From a virus, in IMG/VR virus record IMGVR_UViG_3300050029_000117, positions 1-57,188 of that record: DNA of 57,188 bases; one strand, given 5' to 3'. Positions 24,664 through 32,926 of this stretch are shown here, in pieces. The notes under the pieces are model-generated. The model made no database searches and was not told the origin of the DNA. It saw nothing but the letters and a program-made list of their open reading frames with translations. Both the position numbers and the translations under genes were made by a program. Positions within the stretch are counted from its first letter, which is position 1. Each line of letters opens with the position of its first letter.

Positions 24664-27012
24664 CTACCCTCCGATCTGTGGTTGCGGTGCCTCCACCGCA
24701 TGCAGCTCTTGCAGAGTTTTAAGGATCTCCGACCTGATACCCGCCTCGGACTCTTTAATCTCTTTGTACAGCTCAATCATTTTTACTTTGGCCTGCAGCA
24801 GGGCGACCTGTTCCTTGGCCTGGGCTGTCCGTTCTCGCGCGGCCTCGGTCTTGCCCTTCTGCATGAGAACCTGGATCTGTGGTGGTACAGGCGGCACGTA
24901 CGGTTTTTCACCCTCGCGCAACTCGACCAGGCCCGGCGGCATGGTACGACGTGCGCGGCTGGCCATGCGGTCGGCATCCTTGAAGTCCATGTTTTCAAAG
25001 AATATATCATCATACTTGGCCATACCCTGTGGGTTATTCTGCCGCATACCCGCCAGCATCTGCGCCGTCTCCTGGCGCTGAGTCGCGTAACTCGGGCCGA
25101 CGGTCACAACTACGTCGTACTTGCCGACGGTGATATCGTTGAACTTGGCACCTTTGCCGTGCTTCTGGATCAGCTCTACTAGCCGTGTGGTGTTCATACC
25201 CTTGTAGCGGTCAGGGTTGTTACGCATGGTTTTAGCTGCCGTCTCCGCAGACGTGTTGATGGGCACAATGGCCTCGGTATCATCCACGTTGCGGAGACGA
25301 ACATCACGCTCGGAGTCGTACACCTCGGGTATCATTGCATTGGCAATTTTTCCCGAGTGCTCGATGGCCCGATTTAAGTTGTAGGCGTAGACATAGGTGC
25401 TGACATCGCCAGGGCGTTGTTTTGCTGTGACTGCCGGCGCGGACCGCTCGGGTCCGACCTCACCCACGTCTCCGCCGAACATGCCGAGGACCGCTTTGAG
25501 GTTGTCGTGCGCCCGCTGGACTTGGTTGAACAGCGCGACGGGCGGTTGGCCCGGTGACTGCCGAATGGGTGGCGGCAGCAGTTGCCCGTTATCCCCGATG
25601 ACTGCGTTATACTTGAGAACCGCAAAATTCTTGGTGTTGGCGGTCAGGTAGTCATTCTCGTACCCCTCGATCTGTTCACCAGTAGCCAACCACGGTGACT
25701 TGGGAGCCAGGGCGATTATCTCAGCAAGGGCCGTCTCATAGTAGTTGACCAGGCGTTGGGCGTCTTTGATGTCTTTGATCAGTCCCTTGCGAAATATCTT
25801 GCCCTCAATGTTGAGCGTCGGGCCGCTGACCTCCACGATGGGGATGTACTTACCCGGCACCGGCTCACCGCCCAGCAGCGTGTCGGCGTCCAGATCATCC
25901 TCTTTACGGTACTCTTCCCAGGCATCTTTACGCGGGGGCAGAATCTCGTTCATGGTGATGGTATAGTGCCTGATACGATTGACCGGCGTGGTACGTTGGG
26001 CAGTAATCTTGGGCCGGGGTGGCATGCTGGGTGTAGCAGGCGGCGCAGCGGGTGCCCCCTGTGGTGGTGCAGCACCGCCCGCCGCTTGGGGTGGTGCCCC
26101 TTGAGGTGGCATAGCGCCGGGAACTGGTGCGGCGGGCGGTGCTTGGGGTGGCATACCCTGAGTGGGCGGCCCCTGTGAGGGACCGGCCTGGATGTCCTCG
26201 ACTCGCTCTTTATACAGAGCTTCCCAGCTGGCAATCAGTTCTTTAGCGTCGTCCTCGGGGAGCACTGTACCATCTTCCAACTGGCAAAATGTCTGCTTTT
26301 CCGGTTTGACGATGAAGTATTCTGCCACGGTGATCGTGTCGTTATCATACCAGATCTCGTTACGAGCACCCTGTAGCGCGGGCATTTTATCCGGTCGTTT
26401 GGCGTTGGGCCAGTACTCCTCGAAATCTTCCTTGAGCATCTTGCTCAGGACAAACCCGTACTGGCTATCGGCACCGGCGGCGTCCTTGCGCTTACTGTCC
26501 GTGTAAACCATGAAAGCGTTGGGTATCAGTTCTTTATAGATCTCTTGGAGGAATGGATTATCTTCGCAGTACCGGGTACCGACGCGCCACGCACCATAGC
26601 CACATGACACCTGCATCTTGCCCGCTTCCAGGTAGATGTCCTCAGCGTTGCTGATATACTCGGTATTGGAGATGATGCCGGCGCGGATCTTGGCGATGTG
26701 GGGGTCTGCTTTGGAGTCAACCGGTTTGATGCTGACACGCGCCCGGTTATGGAGCATGTCACCGACTACCTGGGCGGTAAATTTGTGAAACAGTGGGATT
26801 TCAAGGCAGGGTCTGCCGTCTTTGGTGCGGTCGTCTTTATCTTTGGTGGGCCACTGGTTGCCCGGCACCGTGAACATCAGGCACTCGATAGCTTCCCGGC
26901 GGTTGTCGGCTTCCTGCTTGATCTCAAATTCGAGGCGTTTCTTGGCCTTAGCCAGAAACTTGTCAATGGCCTCCTGCTGAGACTCTTTTTTCTTCTTGTC
27001 CTCTTTAGCCAT
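24664..27012 (-). CDS. portal protein (P22-like) with an internal ~60-aa Pro/Ala/Gln-rich insertion
   Basis: 782 aa, lying after TerL. N-terminal ...RREAIECLMFTVPGNQW...DGRPCLEIPLFHKFTAQVVGD...VSIKPVD pattern is typical of portals. Confidence 0.75.
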   Translation of the reverse strand: MAKEDKKKKESQQEAIDKFLAKAKKRLEFEIKQEADNRREAIECLMFTVPGNQWPTKDKDDRTKDGRPCLEIPLFHKFTAQVVGDMLHNRARVSIKPVDSKADPHIAKIRAGIISNTEYISNAEDIYLEAGKMQVSCGYGAWRVGTRYCEDNPFLQEIYKELIPNAFMVYTDSKRKDAAGADSQYGFVLSKMLKEDFEEYWPNAKRPDKMPALQGARNEIWYDNDTITVAEYFIVKPEKQTFCQLEDGTVLPEDDAKELIASWEALYKERVEDIQAGPSQGPPTQGMPPQAPPAAPVPGAMPPQGAPPQAAGGAAPPQGAPAAPPATPSMPPRPKITAQRTTPVNRIRHYTITMNEILPPRKDAWEEYRKEDDLDADTLLGGEPVPGKYIPIVEVSGPTLNIEGKIFRKGLIKDIKDAQRLVNYYETALAEIIALAPKSPWLATGEQIEGYENDYLTANTKNFAVLKYNAVIGDNGQLLPPPIRQSPGQPPVALFNQVQRAHDNLKAVLGMFGGDVGEVGPERSAPAVTAKQRPGDVSTYVYAYNLNRAIEHSGKIANAMIPEVYDSERDVRLRNVDDTEAIVPINTSAETAAKTMRNNPDRYKGMNTTRLVELIQKHGKGAKFNDITVGKYDVVVTVGPSYATQRQETAQMLAGMRQNNPQGMAKYDDIFFENMDFKDADRMASRARRTMPPGLVELREGEKPYVPPVPPQIQVLMQKGKTEAARERTAQAKEQVALLQAKVKMIELYKEIKESEAGIRSEILKTLQELHAVEAPQPQIGG

Positions 27013-27058
27013 TGGCTCCCCGATTGGTCGGGCACTTAGTCATATGCGGTTGCGGATA

Positions 27059-27087
27059 GTATTATTGAGATATTATTATAATGTCAA
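27059..27087 (-). promoter_or_regulatory. sigma70-type promoter TTGACA-17 nt-TAATAC upstream of the portal gene
   Basis: Minus-strand TTGACA (27087-27082), a 17-nt AT-rich spacer, and TAATAC (27064-27059). Confidence 0.45.
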
Positions 27088-27371
27088 GTAATTTCTATTC
27101 GCTCCAGCGCGGTACGGGCTACCTGTTTCAATTTAGTTTCTCTTCCAGCAGGCAGGGGCAATGAAAAATCCGGTCTGGCGATCTGTTCCAACGCCTCCCG
27201 ATACTTTAGCTCTCTGCCGACTGCATCCGCGACATCTTGGTAACAACCAGCCAACTGTACCCGCAGTTGCTCTATCTCGCCCGTCAGCCTTTCGTTGCGG
27301 CAAAATGGGCAGTAGTTATGCACTGTAGACCCAAAATCGTGTGTGAAACACTCATACGTTATTTTGCTCAT
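27084..27371 (-). CDS. 95-aa zinc-finger/coiled-coil protein
   Basis: C-x3-H...C-x2-C near the N-terminus. ATGA overlap with the TerL stop. Confidence 0.45.
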   Translation of the reverse strand: MSKITYECFTHDFGSTVHNYCPFCRNERLTGEIEQLRVQLAGCYQDVADAVGRELKYREALEQIARPDFSLPLPAGRETKLKQVARTALERIEIT

Positions 27372-29047
27372 CGGTCCACCCTCCTCGCAGCCATCATATT
27401 GGTCACACTTACTCGCGGTTTATCCCCGCTGCTGGTGAAGCGGTACGTTTTGATAATGTCGTAGGCGTAGGCCCACATGTTGATAATATCAGGATGATAG
27501 AAAGGAAATAGGTCCATCTCTGACGTGAGTTTTTGCCGTTTTTCCGCATTAATTGCTGTGCTGATAAACAACTTTCGATTACAAAGCGGCCACTGTAGCG
27601 CAGCCTCCACACGCTCCTCGGTATTGCGCCCCGCCGGTCGCAGCAGTATCAGTGTCTTGGTTTCCTCACTGATACGCCGACCGTGGACCTTCAGAGCGTC
27701 CCGGATGTGGATCTCGGTGGTGGACAGGCCAACCTTTTCCACCCCGATAGCTCGGATAAATCCACCGTCCAGATACATACGAATGATGGTGTCAATCGCC
27801 TCAGCATGGGTCATCTGGTCCGCCTCAAACTCCTCCAGGTAGCAGTTGGATGATCCTATGTCGTCCAATTGCGGCTTAACCGAGATCAGGCCGATTGACC
27901 ACATATCACCCTTACGGGCGCCCTTGGCCTGGGTGTCCTTACCGCCGGCTTGGTCGATGATCAGGAATTTGTAGCGGTCTTTCGGCAGGAATGCCGGGTC
28001 GATGCTTTGCAGCAGTCGAGAATCCAACGCCACGATGTCCGTGGGTGTCGGCTGGCAGAGCTGCTGCGCGTCGAAGAACTTGCTGGTCATCAGCTTTTCC
28101 AGTCGCTCCTGACTCAGCAGCACGGGCCGGCCGGTGCGGGTACCGTCGTGAGTGGCCGGCTTGATGACCGTCTTGTACATGGACTCGCCGTGGATATCCT
28201 TCTTATCCCGGATGCGGACCAGCGGGCCTATGTGGCTGTAGTACGTGCCGACGATGTTTTCCGTGCCGGTGTTGGTGCCCAGGTTGTCCGACATCTCAAA
28301 AGCGTGAAAGCAGAGATCCATCTGGTCCGGGCTCTTAGCGATATCGAAGGTCTCCACGTCATCGTACATGCGGTGGTCGTAGTGGCCCCCGGTCGGCATA
28401 CCCTCGATCAGTCCGAATGCTTCCACCGTGTTCTCTTTACGACTGACCGACTTCCGTTTGACTCGGATGCCGTGCTGTAACGACCAGCTGGGGCTCTCGG
28501 TATCCGGGTTGTTGTAGAGGATGTCTGGGAAACAGGCGATCATCATTTCTTTTTCAAGAGTCTCCCGGATAGAGACCAGGAATTTATCAGCGGCTGGTTT
28601 TTTATAGGAAAATATGGCGTTGGTGCAGTCCGGGTTGTTCATAATCCGCTTGATTGTCAGACCGATGGACATGCTCACAGACTTGAAATGCTCACGCGCC
28701 CAGATCTGGAGGGTGCGGGTCATGCTCAATCCGCCGTCCGGTGTGCTGGCCTCCAGCTCATTGCAGGCGGTCACAGGAAACACCTCATTGGCAGGCGGTA
28801 CGTCCATGATGAAGTAGACAATGAAAAATAAGTCAGTCATTACCAGCTTACGGATGACGGACTTGCAGTACTGCTCTCTCTCGGGTGCGGGGTAGTTTGC
28901 CATCTGCTGGAAAATAGCCAGATAGTCATGGGCGTAGTAGGTGTCCCACGGTGGGTTATCCGGGTCGCAGCCGTCCATGTCGGCCATGTAGACCGACTTG
29001 CGGGGCGCGATACGCGGGTGGGGCGTGAATTTTGGCAGCTGTTGCAT
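27368..29047 (-). CDS. terL: terminase large subunit
   Basis: 559 aa, lying upstream of the portal gene. Shows an N-terminal ATPase-like region and a C-terminal nuclease-like region (LIIDQAGG..., AIGVEKVG...). Confidence 0.75.
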   Translation of the reverse strand: MQQLPKFTPHPRIAPRKSVYMADMDGCDPDNPPWDTYYAHDYLAIFQQMANYPAPEREQYCKSVIRKLVMTDLFFIVYFIMDVPPANEVFPVTACNELEASTPDGGLSMTRTLQIWAREHFKSVSMSIGLTIKRIMNNPDCTNAIFSYKKPAADKFLVSIRETLEKEMMIACFPDILYNNPDTESPSWSLQHGIRVKRKSVSRKENTVEAFGLIEGMPTGGHYDHRMYDDVETFDIAKSPDQMDLCFHAFEMSDNLGTNTGTENIVGTYYSHIGPLVRIRDKKDIHGESMYKTVIKPATHDGTRTGRPVLLSQERLEKLMTSKFFDAQQLCQPTPTDIVALDSRLLQSIDPAFLPKDRYKFLIIDQAGGKDTQAKGARKGDMWSIGLISVKPQLDDIGSSNCYLEEFEADQMTHAEAIDTIIRMYLDGGFIRAIGVEKVGLSTTEIHIRDALKVHGRRISEETKTLILLRPAGRNTEERVEAALQWPLCNRKLFISTAINAEKRQKLTSEMDLFPFYHPDIINMWAYAYDIIKTYRFTSSGDKPRVSVTNMMAARRVDR

Positions 29048-29451
29048 CAGTAATCCGAGATACCAACCGAAAATCTAAACTGACACTCGTTGAGCGCGAC
29101 ACCAAAAGTACACAACATCCTGACACTCAGGCCGTCATACACCTCAATGTGCTTTGCTATACCTTCGCCCCCCGCCGGCAGCTCTAACATCGTAAATCGT
29201 ACGGGGCTTTTAAAATTACCCTCCAATAGTCCACACAACTCCGATACTTTGGGCCGGATATACTTGTTTGAGAACTCGTCAAAATTCAGTTTCATATCTT
29301 CCGACGGCACATTCACATACACGTCGAATACCCGCGCCTGCCCCATCGGAGAATGTGCCAGACACTCCAGTCGAGGAAAAGCCGCCATGTAGTTACAGAA
29401 AATCATCAAAAATTTTCGTATTATCTGCGTATGCGACAACTGCGTTGCCAT
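29047..29451 (-). CDS. 134-aa mini paralog of the major capsid protein, in the slot usually occupied by a small terminase subunit
   Basis: FDEFSNKYIRPKVSEL and LSVRMLCTFGVALNECQFRFSVGISDY align with the 4915..5313 product and with the MCP spine-helix and C-terminal motifs. Confidence 0.45.
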   Translation of the reverse strand: MATQLSHTQIIRKFLMIFCNYMAAFPRLECLAHSPMGQARVFDVYVNVPSEDMKLNFDEFSNKYIRPKVSELCGLLEGNFKSPVRFTMLELPAGGEGIAKHIEVYDGLSVRMLCTFGVALNECQFRFSVGISDY

Positions 29452-29575
29452 GTCGTACCTCCTAAGTTAAGCGGGTGGGGGCAGTCGCCATGCTCTGACG
29501 ATACCGCGCCATGGCCGTGGCTTGGACGTTTACGAGCTGCGCGTCCTGCGTACCCACCCTATCGTTACCACACTC

Positions 29576-29881
29576 CTACTTGGTTTTCAATGCCGCATGT
29601 GCGATGTCGTACATTCTGCCGTCCTGTGGGAAGTTACTACCATACTCCCCGGCTGCAGTAATTTCCTCCAACGCTTCCCGCAGCCGTTCATTTTCCTGCC
29701 GAAGTCTGATGTGCTCGCAAGCGCTAAACGACGATTGTATCCGGGCACATTCGTTTCGCAGCTCGTCAATCTCAGCCTGCCGGGCTTTCCACGCGGTGAG
29801 TGCTATGACTATCGGTATCCCATCAAAATGCGTTTTGTCTTCTTTATCCCACCACTCTGTAAATGTCTGGCTCATACCCAC
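29576..29881 (-). CDS. 101-aa coiled-coil hypothetical protein
   Basis: ORF with a 10-nt overlap with the upstream gene. Confidence 0.4.
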   Translation of the reverse strand: MGMSQTFTEWWDKEDKTHFDGIPIVIALTAWKARQAEIDELRNECARIQSSFSACEHIRLRQENERLREALEEITAAGEYGSNFPQDGRMYDIAHAALKTK

Positions 29882-30174
29882 ACCTTCATTCCTTTGTCCA
29901 GCGCGTGCGTCGGCTCACCCAGCTTGCGGCAGTCTGCCGGTGTGGCGCCCGGCATGTGCTCCGACACGTACACCCAGAGTAGCGCAGTCAGTGCAGCATG
30001 CACCGCTGGTATGTTACGCTCCAGGACGCACGTGTCGGTCAGTATCCGCCAGTCGTCCGCTACGCAGATCTCTACCCGGCAATGATACTCTCGGGTCGCC
30101 GGATCTTGCACGGACAGTCGCCGGGTGAGTGCGTTGAATTGCTTGCGAGTCAGCACGACTTGCTCCGTTCCCAT
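29872..30174 (-). CDS. 100-aa hypothetical protein
   Basis: ORF within a tightly packed early block. Confidence 0.4.
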   Translation of the reverse strand: MGTEQVVLTRKQFNALTRRLSVQDPATREYHCRVEICVADDWRILTDTCVLERNIPAVHAALTALLWVYVSEHMPGATPADCRKLGEPTHALDKGMKVWV

Positions 30175-30338
30175 TGATCACGGGTTATACCGGTCCTGTG
30201 GGTAAACCCGTCTTGCTCCAGGCTTAACTTTTCCAGTACAATCGTAGCAACTTTCTCTGCCCCGCCCGATCCACTCACTGCGATCTTTACGCTACCCGTT
30301 TTATCATCCATCACTATCTCTATGGTCGCAGTGCTCAT
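30150..30338 (-). CDS. 62-aa hypothetical protein
   Basis: ATGA-coupled to the upstream micro-ORF. Confidence 0.4.
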   Translation of the reverse strand: MSTATIEIVMDDKTGSVKIAVSGSGGAEKVATIVLEKLSLEQDGFTHRTGITRDQWERSKSC

Positions 30339-30475
30339 ACCAGCCTGCTGGCCCTGAGTATCGCGGCTTTGCGGCGTGCTTGGCAGTCGGCCAGTTTCTC
30401 CGCAAAATACCGATCCACGTAACCGGTGAACGCTGTGTGTGGCGCGTCATACCATCTTGCCTCGGTGAGTGTCAC
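30335..30475 (-). CDS. 46-aa hypothetical protein (GTG start)
   Basis: GTGA overlap with the upstream stop, AGGAGA SD, and an ATGA overlap downstream. Below the ORF-track cutoff. Confidence 0.35.
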   Translation of the reverse strand: MTLTEARWYDAPHTAFTGYVDRYFAEKLADCQARRKAAILRASRLV

Positions 30476-30639
30476 TGTCGTCTCCTATCTCGGCGGGCGC
30501 GTGCTACGTCCTTGCCGATCTGGTCAAATGTGCGTTGTGGCGGTGCCCAGATGTCGCAGGGCTTGCCGCATTCGGAACAGCGAGTGGTGCCGCCGCATGT
30601 AGCTACCTGCATGTGACAGCAGTCTGAGAGCTGGCTCAT
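30472..30639 (-). CDS. 55-aa zinc-ribbon micro-protein
   Basis: ATGA overlap at 30636-30639. MSQLSDCCHMQVATCGGTTRCSECGKPCD..., with Cys pairs. Confidence 0.4.
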   Translation of the reverse strand: MSQLSDCCHMQVATCGGTTRCSECGKPCDIWAPPQRTFDQIGKDVARARRDRRRQ

Positions 30640-30941
30640 GGTGTCTCCACCGCAGCAATATCACCCTGCCGCATGATTCTGACATCATAATCCCACGGCA
30701 GTCTGGCTCTGCCCGCCTCGATCTCGTACCACACGCGGTCGCCGGTAGTCACATCCATAGGCAGTATCTCGCCCTGCTTGGTGCGCTTGCCGGGGCCGGT
30801 CTGCTCCACGATGCCCTGAATGACCGTGCCGGGGCGTTTATTGGGGTTGTCCACCTGCAGTATCACTGCCGAGTCGGGTGGTGCGGGTAGCTCTCGGACG
30901 GCTACCCAGTCTGAGGTGAGCGCGTATGCCTGTGGTGTCAT
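30636..30941 (-). CDS. GroES/Cpn10-like co-chaperonin (putative)
   Basis: Aligns by eye with GroES: DWVAVREL...SAVIL...G(T)V(I)..G.G......GE..PMDV..GDRV.Y......DIAAV. Confidence 0.45.
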   Translation of the reverse strand: MTPQAYALTSDWVAVRELPAPPDSAVILQVDNPNKRPGTVIQGIVEQTGPGKRTKQGEILPMDVTTGDRVWYEIEAGRARLPWDYDVRIMRQGDIAAVETP

Positions 30942-30952
30942 ACCACACCTCC
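30926..30952 (-). repeat. 27-bp exact repeat (minus strand GGAGGTGTGGTATGACACCACAGGCAT), copy 1
   Basis: Identical to 31380..31406. It contains the SD, an ATGA stop-start overlap and the first five codons (MTPQA). The AUG lies in the 5-nt loop of a 6-bp hairpin, TGTGGT/ACCACA. Confidence 0.9.
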
Positions 30953-31108
30953 TTTTATCTGTATTTTTGGGAGTGATATTGGTGTGACTTCCACCATATC
31001 CAGCATTTTCTCCAATAGTGCTGATCGGTCCATCCCCGCCTGGGCCGCCAGTACCTTAAATTTTACCGAATGCTCCTGCGATAGAAACATACTGACTTTT
31101 GTTTTCAT
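30938..31108 (-). CDS. 56-aa ribbon-helix-helix (CopG/Arc-like) DNA-binding protein
   Basis: MKTKVSMFLSQEHSVKFKVLAAQAGMDRSALLEKML... ATGA-coupled at both ends. Below the ORF-track cutoff. Confidence 0.5.
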   Translation of the reverse strand: MKTKVSMFLSQEHSVKFKVLAAQAGMDRSALLEKMLDMVEVTPISLPKIQIKGGVV

Positions 31109-31395
31109 AGGAACTCCACTCCGCTGGGATGACGCAGTTTGGTGAATCGCTGCTTTTTAAAGGCCGTCGGGTGCGTCTTCGCTAAGTACTTGGCCAGTCC
31201 TTCGACAACACGTTCCTTCCATTGTTTGACGGTGCAGTGTTTGTTGAGTCTAGCGCCTGGTTTCCCTATCGAGTCGATTCCTACGATCTGAGTACCAATC
31301 ATCACGTCCGCTCGTAGGATAAAGGTGTTGCTCATGATGTCAAACGCCCTTAAAAACCGCACATACGGGTACATCCGCCATGCCTGTGGTGTCAT
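31105..31395 (-). CDS. 96-aa protein beginning with the MCP-like C-terminal strand motif (distal half of a split mini-MCP paralog) fused to a novel tail
   Basis: YVRFLRAFDIMSNTFILRADVMIG aligns with MCP LRILRGFDIINNLYLSRLDILYG. Confidence 0.45.
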   Translation of the reverse strand: MTPQAWRMYPYVRFLRAFDIMSNTFILRADVMIGTQIVGIDSIGKPGARLNKHCTVKQWKERVVEGLAKYLAKTHPTAFKKQRFTKLRHPSGVEFL

Positions 31396-31406
31396 ACCAC
31401 ACCTCC
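31380..31406 (-). repeat. 27-bp exact repeat, copy 2
   Basis: Identical to 30926..30952. It sits exactly at the split between ORFs 31392..31631 and 31105..31395. Confidence 0.9.
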
Positions 31407-31631
31407 GGGGATTATAATTCGGGTGTCGGGTTCCGTGACGCTCATGTAGAGGGTAACCACACTACCCACTGGCGGGGTCTTACCCGGACCGGCTGCCCGC
31501 GAGAGCATGAGCCGCAGTGCCGGCTCCAGTATGTCAATGATCAGGCCGTCGACATGGGCGTATTTGACGCCTACTTGGCAGTCTACGCTGAGGAGATCTA
31601 CTATCTCGTCGTCGTGGGTGGTGTCGGTCAT
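31392..31631 (-). CDS. 79-aa protein carrying the MCP-like spine-helix motif (proximal half of the split mini-MCP paralog)
   Basis: VDGLIIDILEPALRLML aligns with MCP IEDFAERILDPAISMIV. It ends in GGVV*, encoded by the 27-bp cassette. Confidence 0.4.
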   Translation of the reverse strand: MTDTTHDDEIVDLLSVDCQVGVKYAHVDGLIIDILEPALRLMLSRAAGPGKTPPVGSVVTLYMSVTEPDTRIIIPGGVV

Positions 31632-31918
31632 GGCTTCAACCTCTCACACGTTTCGGGGCCATTACACATTACCGGTGCCCAGTCACAACCCTCGCAGGGG
31701 TCGGGCTCGACCCGGTATGGTATGTTGCTCAGTCGGTCAACCACTTGGCTCATTGCTCTCAGACCCGTGGGGTCCGGCACGGCCTGCGTGGTGGTTGGTA
31801 CCAGGTACGAGTCAACCGCCCGTCGCACGATCTCGGCCACACTGAGGCCGGTCTCGCCTTTACTACGGTCGAGCCGTGCGATCTGTTGCGGGGTGAAATA
31901 CAGGGTTATTCTGGTCAT
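31628..31918 (-). CDS. ribbon-helix-helix DNA-binding protein with a Cys-rich C-terminal tail
   Basis: ITLYFTPQQIARLDRSKGETGLSVAEIVRRAVDSYL, with AAGGAG SD. C-terminal CEGCD...C...C. Confidence 0.5.
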   Translation of the reverse strand: MTRITLYFTPQQIARLDRSKGETGLSVAEIVRRAVDSYLVPTTTQAVPDPTGLRAMSQVVDRLSNIPYRVEPDPCEGCDWAPVMCNGPETCERLKP

Positions 31919-32060
31919 TGGTTACTCCTTGGATGTGACTGTATGCTGGTGGCGGATTGCTGTCAAGTATTATTTCCAGAGCGTGCTCAATTATTTCTGG
32001 TGGCAGCGTCACCATGCCGTAGACGTACTGGTACCAGAGCTGCTGCTGGTCTGTAGTCAC
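31863..32060 (-). CDS. 65-aa hypothetical protein
   Basis: ATGA overlap with the HNH gene stop. Its 3' end overlaps the RHH gene start by 56 nt, so the extent is uncertain. Confidence 0.3.
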   Translation of the reverse strand: MTTDQQQLWYQYVYGMVTLPPEIIEHALEIILDSNPPPAYSHIQGVTNDQNNPVFHPATDRTARP

Positions 32061-32587
32061 ACCAGCCTCCCGGATGCCGCCCGTTGGGTGTGGTGGTACG
32101 ACATGTGCGCCGACTGCGATTCAAATATCTGCAAGTTATCCAGCGACCAGTTTTCCCGGTTACCGTCGATGTGGTGGACCACTTGCCCTGGTTCCAGCTT
32201 TACGCCCGACCGCTCGACAACCGCACGCGCCACCCGGCTCAGCTTGCGATGCACTGATTTACCTATCTGGGCGTTTACGCGGGTCATCACACCACCTATG
32301 CGTGAGTACTCCCCGCATGTGCTGCGATCGGCGTGGAAGCAGATCGGGCTGCAGTACCCGGCGTTGGGTCGGTCGGTCTTGTGGCTGCGGGGGCGCCTGA
32401 AGTGCTCACCGCAAAATTTGCAGGCAAGATCCAGCACAGCCCGTCTGGTCGGTGCGGCGCCTGCTCGGGCCAGGGCTGAGTGAATTGCTTGCCTCGTTAT
32501 GCCCGCCATATCCGCTATGGTTTGGACAGCGAGGCCCGTCTGGTACAGGAAAGCCGTTGTTTCGTCGGTCAGTTTGCTCTTAGCCAT
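32057..32587 (-). CDS. HNH endonuclease with an N-terminal HTH
   Basis: VVHHIDGNRENWSLDNLQIFESQSAHMSYHH gives the HNH core. N-terminal IADMAGITRQAIHSAL gives the HTH. Confidence 0.7.
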   Translation of the reverse strand: MAKSKLTDETTAFLYQTGLAVQTIADMAGITRQAIHSALARAGAAPTRRAVLDLACKFCGEHFRRPRSHKTDRPNAGYCSPICFHADRSTCGEYSRIGGVMTRVNAQIGKSVHRKLSRVARAVVERSGVKLEPGQVVHHIDGNRENWSLDNLQIFESQSAHMSYHHTQRAASGRLV

Positions 32588-32606
32588 GGGTATTCTCCTT
32601 GGTCAA

Positions 32607-32635
32607 GAGCTATCATGTCGTGTGTACTATGTCAA
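32607..32635 (-). promoter_or_regulatory. sigma70-type promoter TTGACA-17 nt (ending TGA)-TAGCTC upstream of the HNH gene
   Basis: Minus-strand TTGACA (32635-32630). The spacer ends in TGn, giving an extended -10 context. Confidence 0.35.
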
Positions 32636-32889
32636 CCGAAACTTTTAATTTTCTACCCGTGGTGCGGATTGCGGGAGGCGGAAATTTTTGTAGAGCGCGC
32701 GGATGGCCCACCGGCGGGGGTCCGGGACCGGGCTCCGAGTGCTGCGCCTGGCTCGGGTGGGCCGTCGGTCCTGCTCTCCATCACTTTACATAATGTACAC
32801 AACGGAATAACGGTTATGGGCTATTGGTCAGGCACCCTATATAAATCAATACGTTACGCGCGCGACGTGCGGCGCGTGTGCGTTATTTG

Positions 32890-32925
32890 AGTTATCAACA
32901 GGGTAATCCGCCAGTTATCAACAGG
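32890..32925 (+). repeat. two 13-bp direct repeats AGTTATCAACAGG, 23 bp apart (core TTATCAACA, one mismatch from a DnaA box)
   Basis: Copies at 32890-32902 and 32913-32925, just downstream of the stop of gene 32927..33427. Confidence 0.8.
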
Positions 32926-32926
32926 T

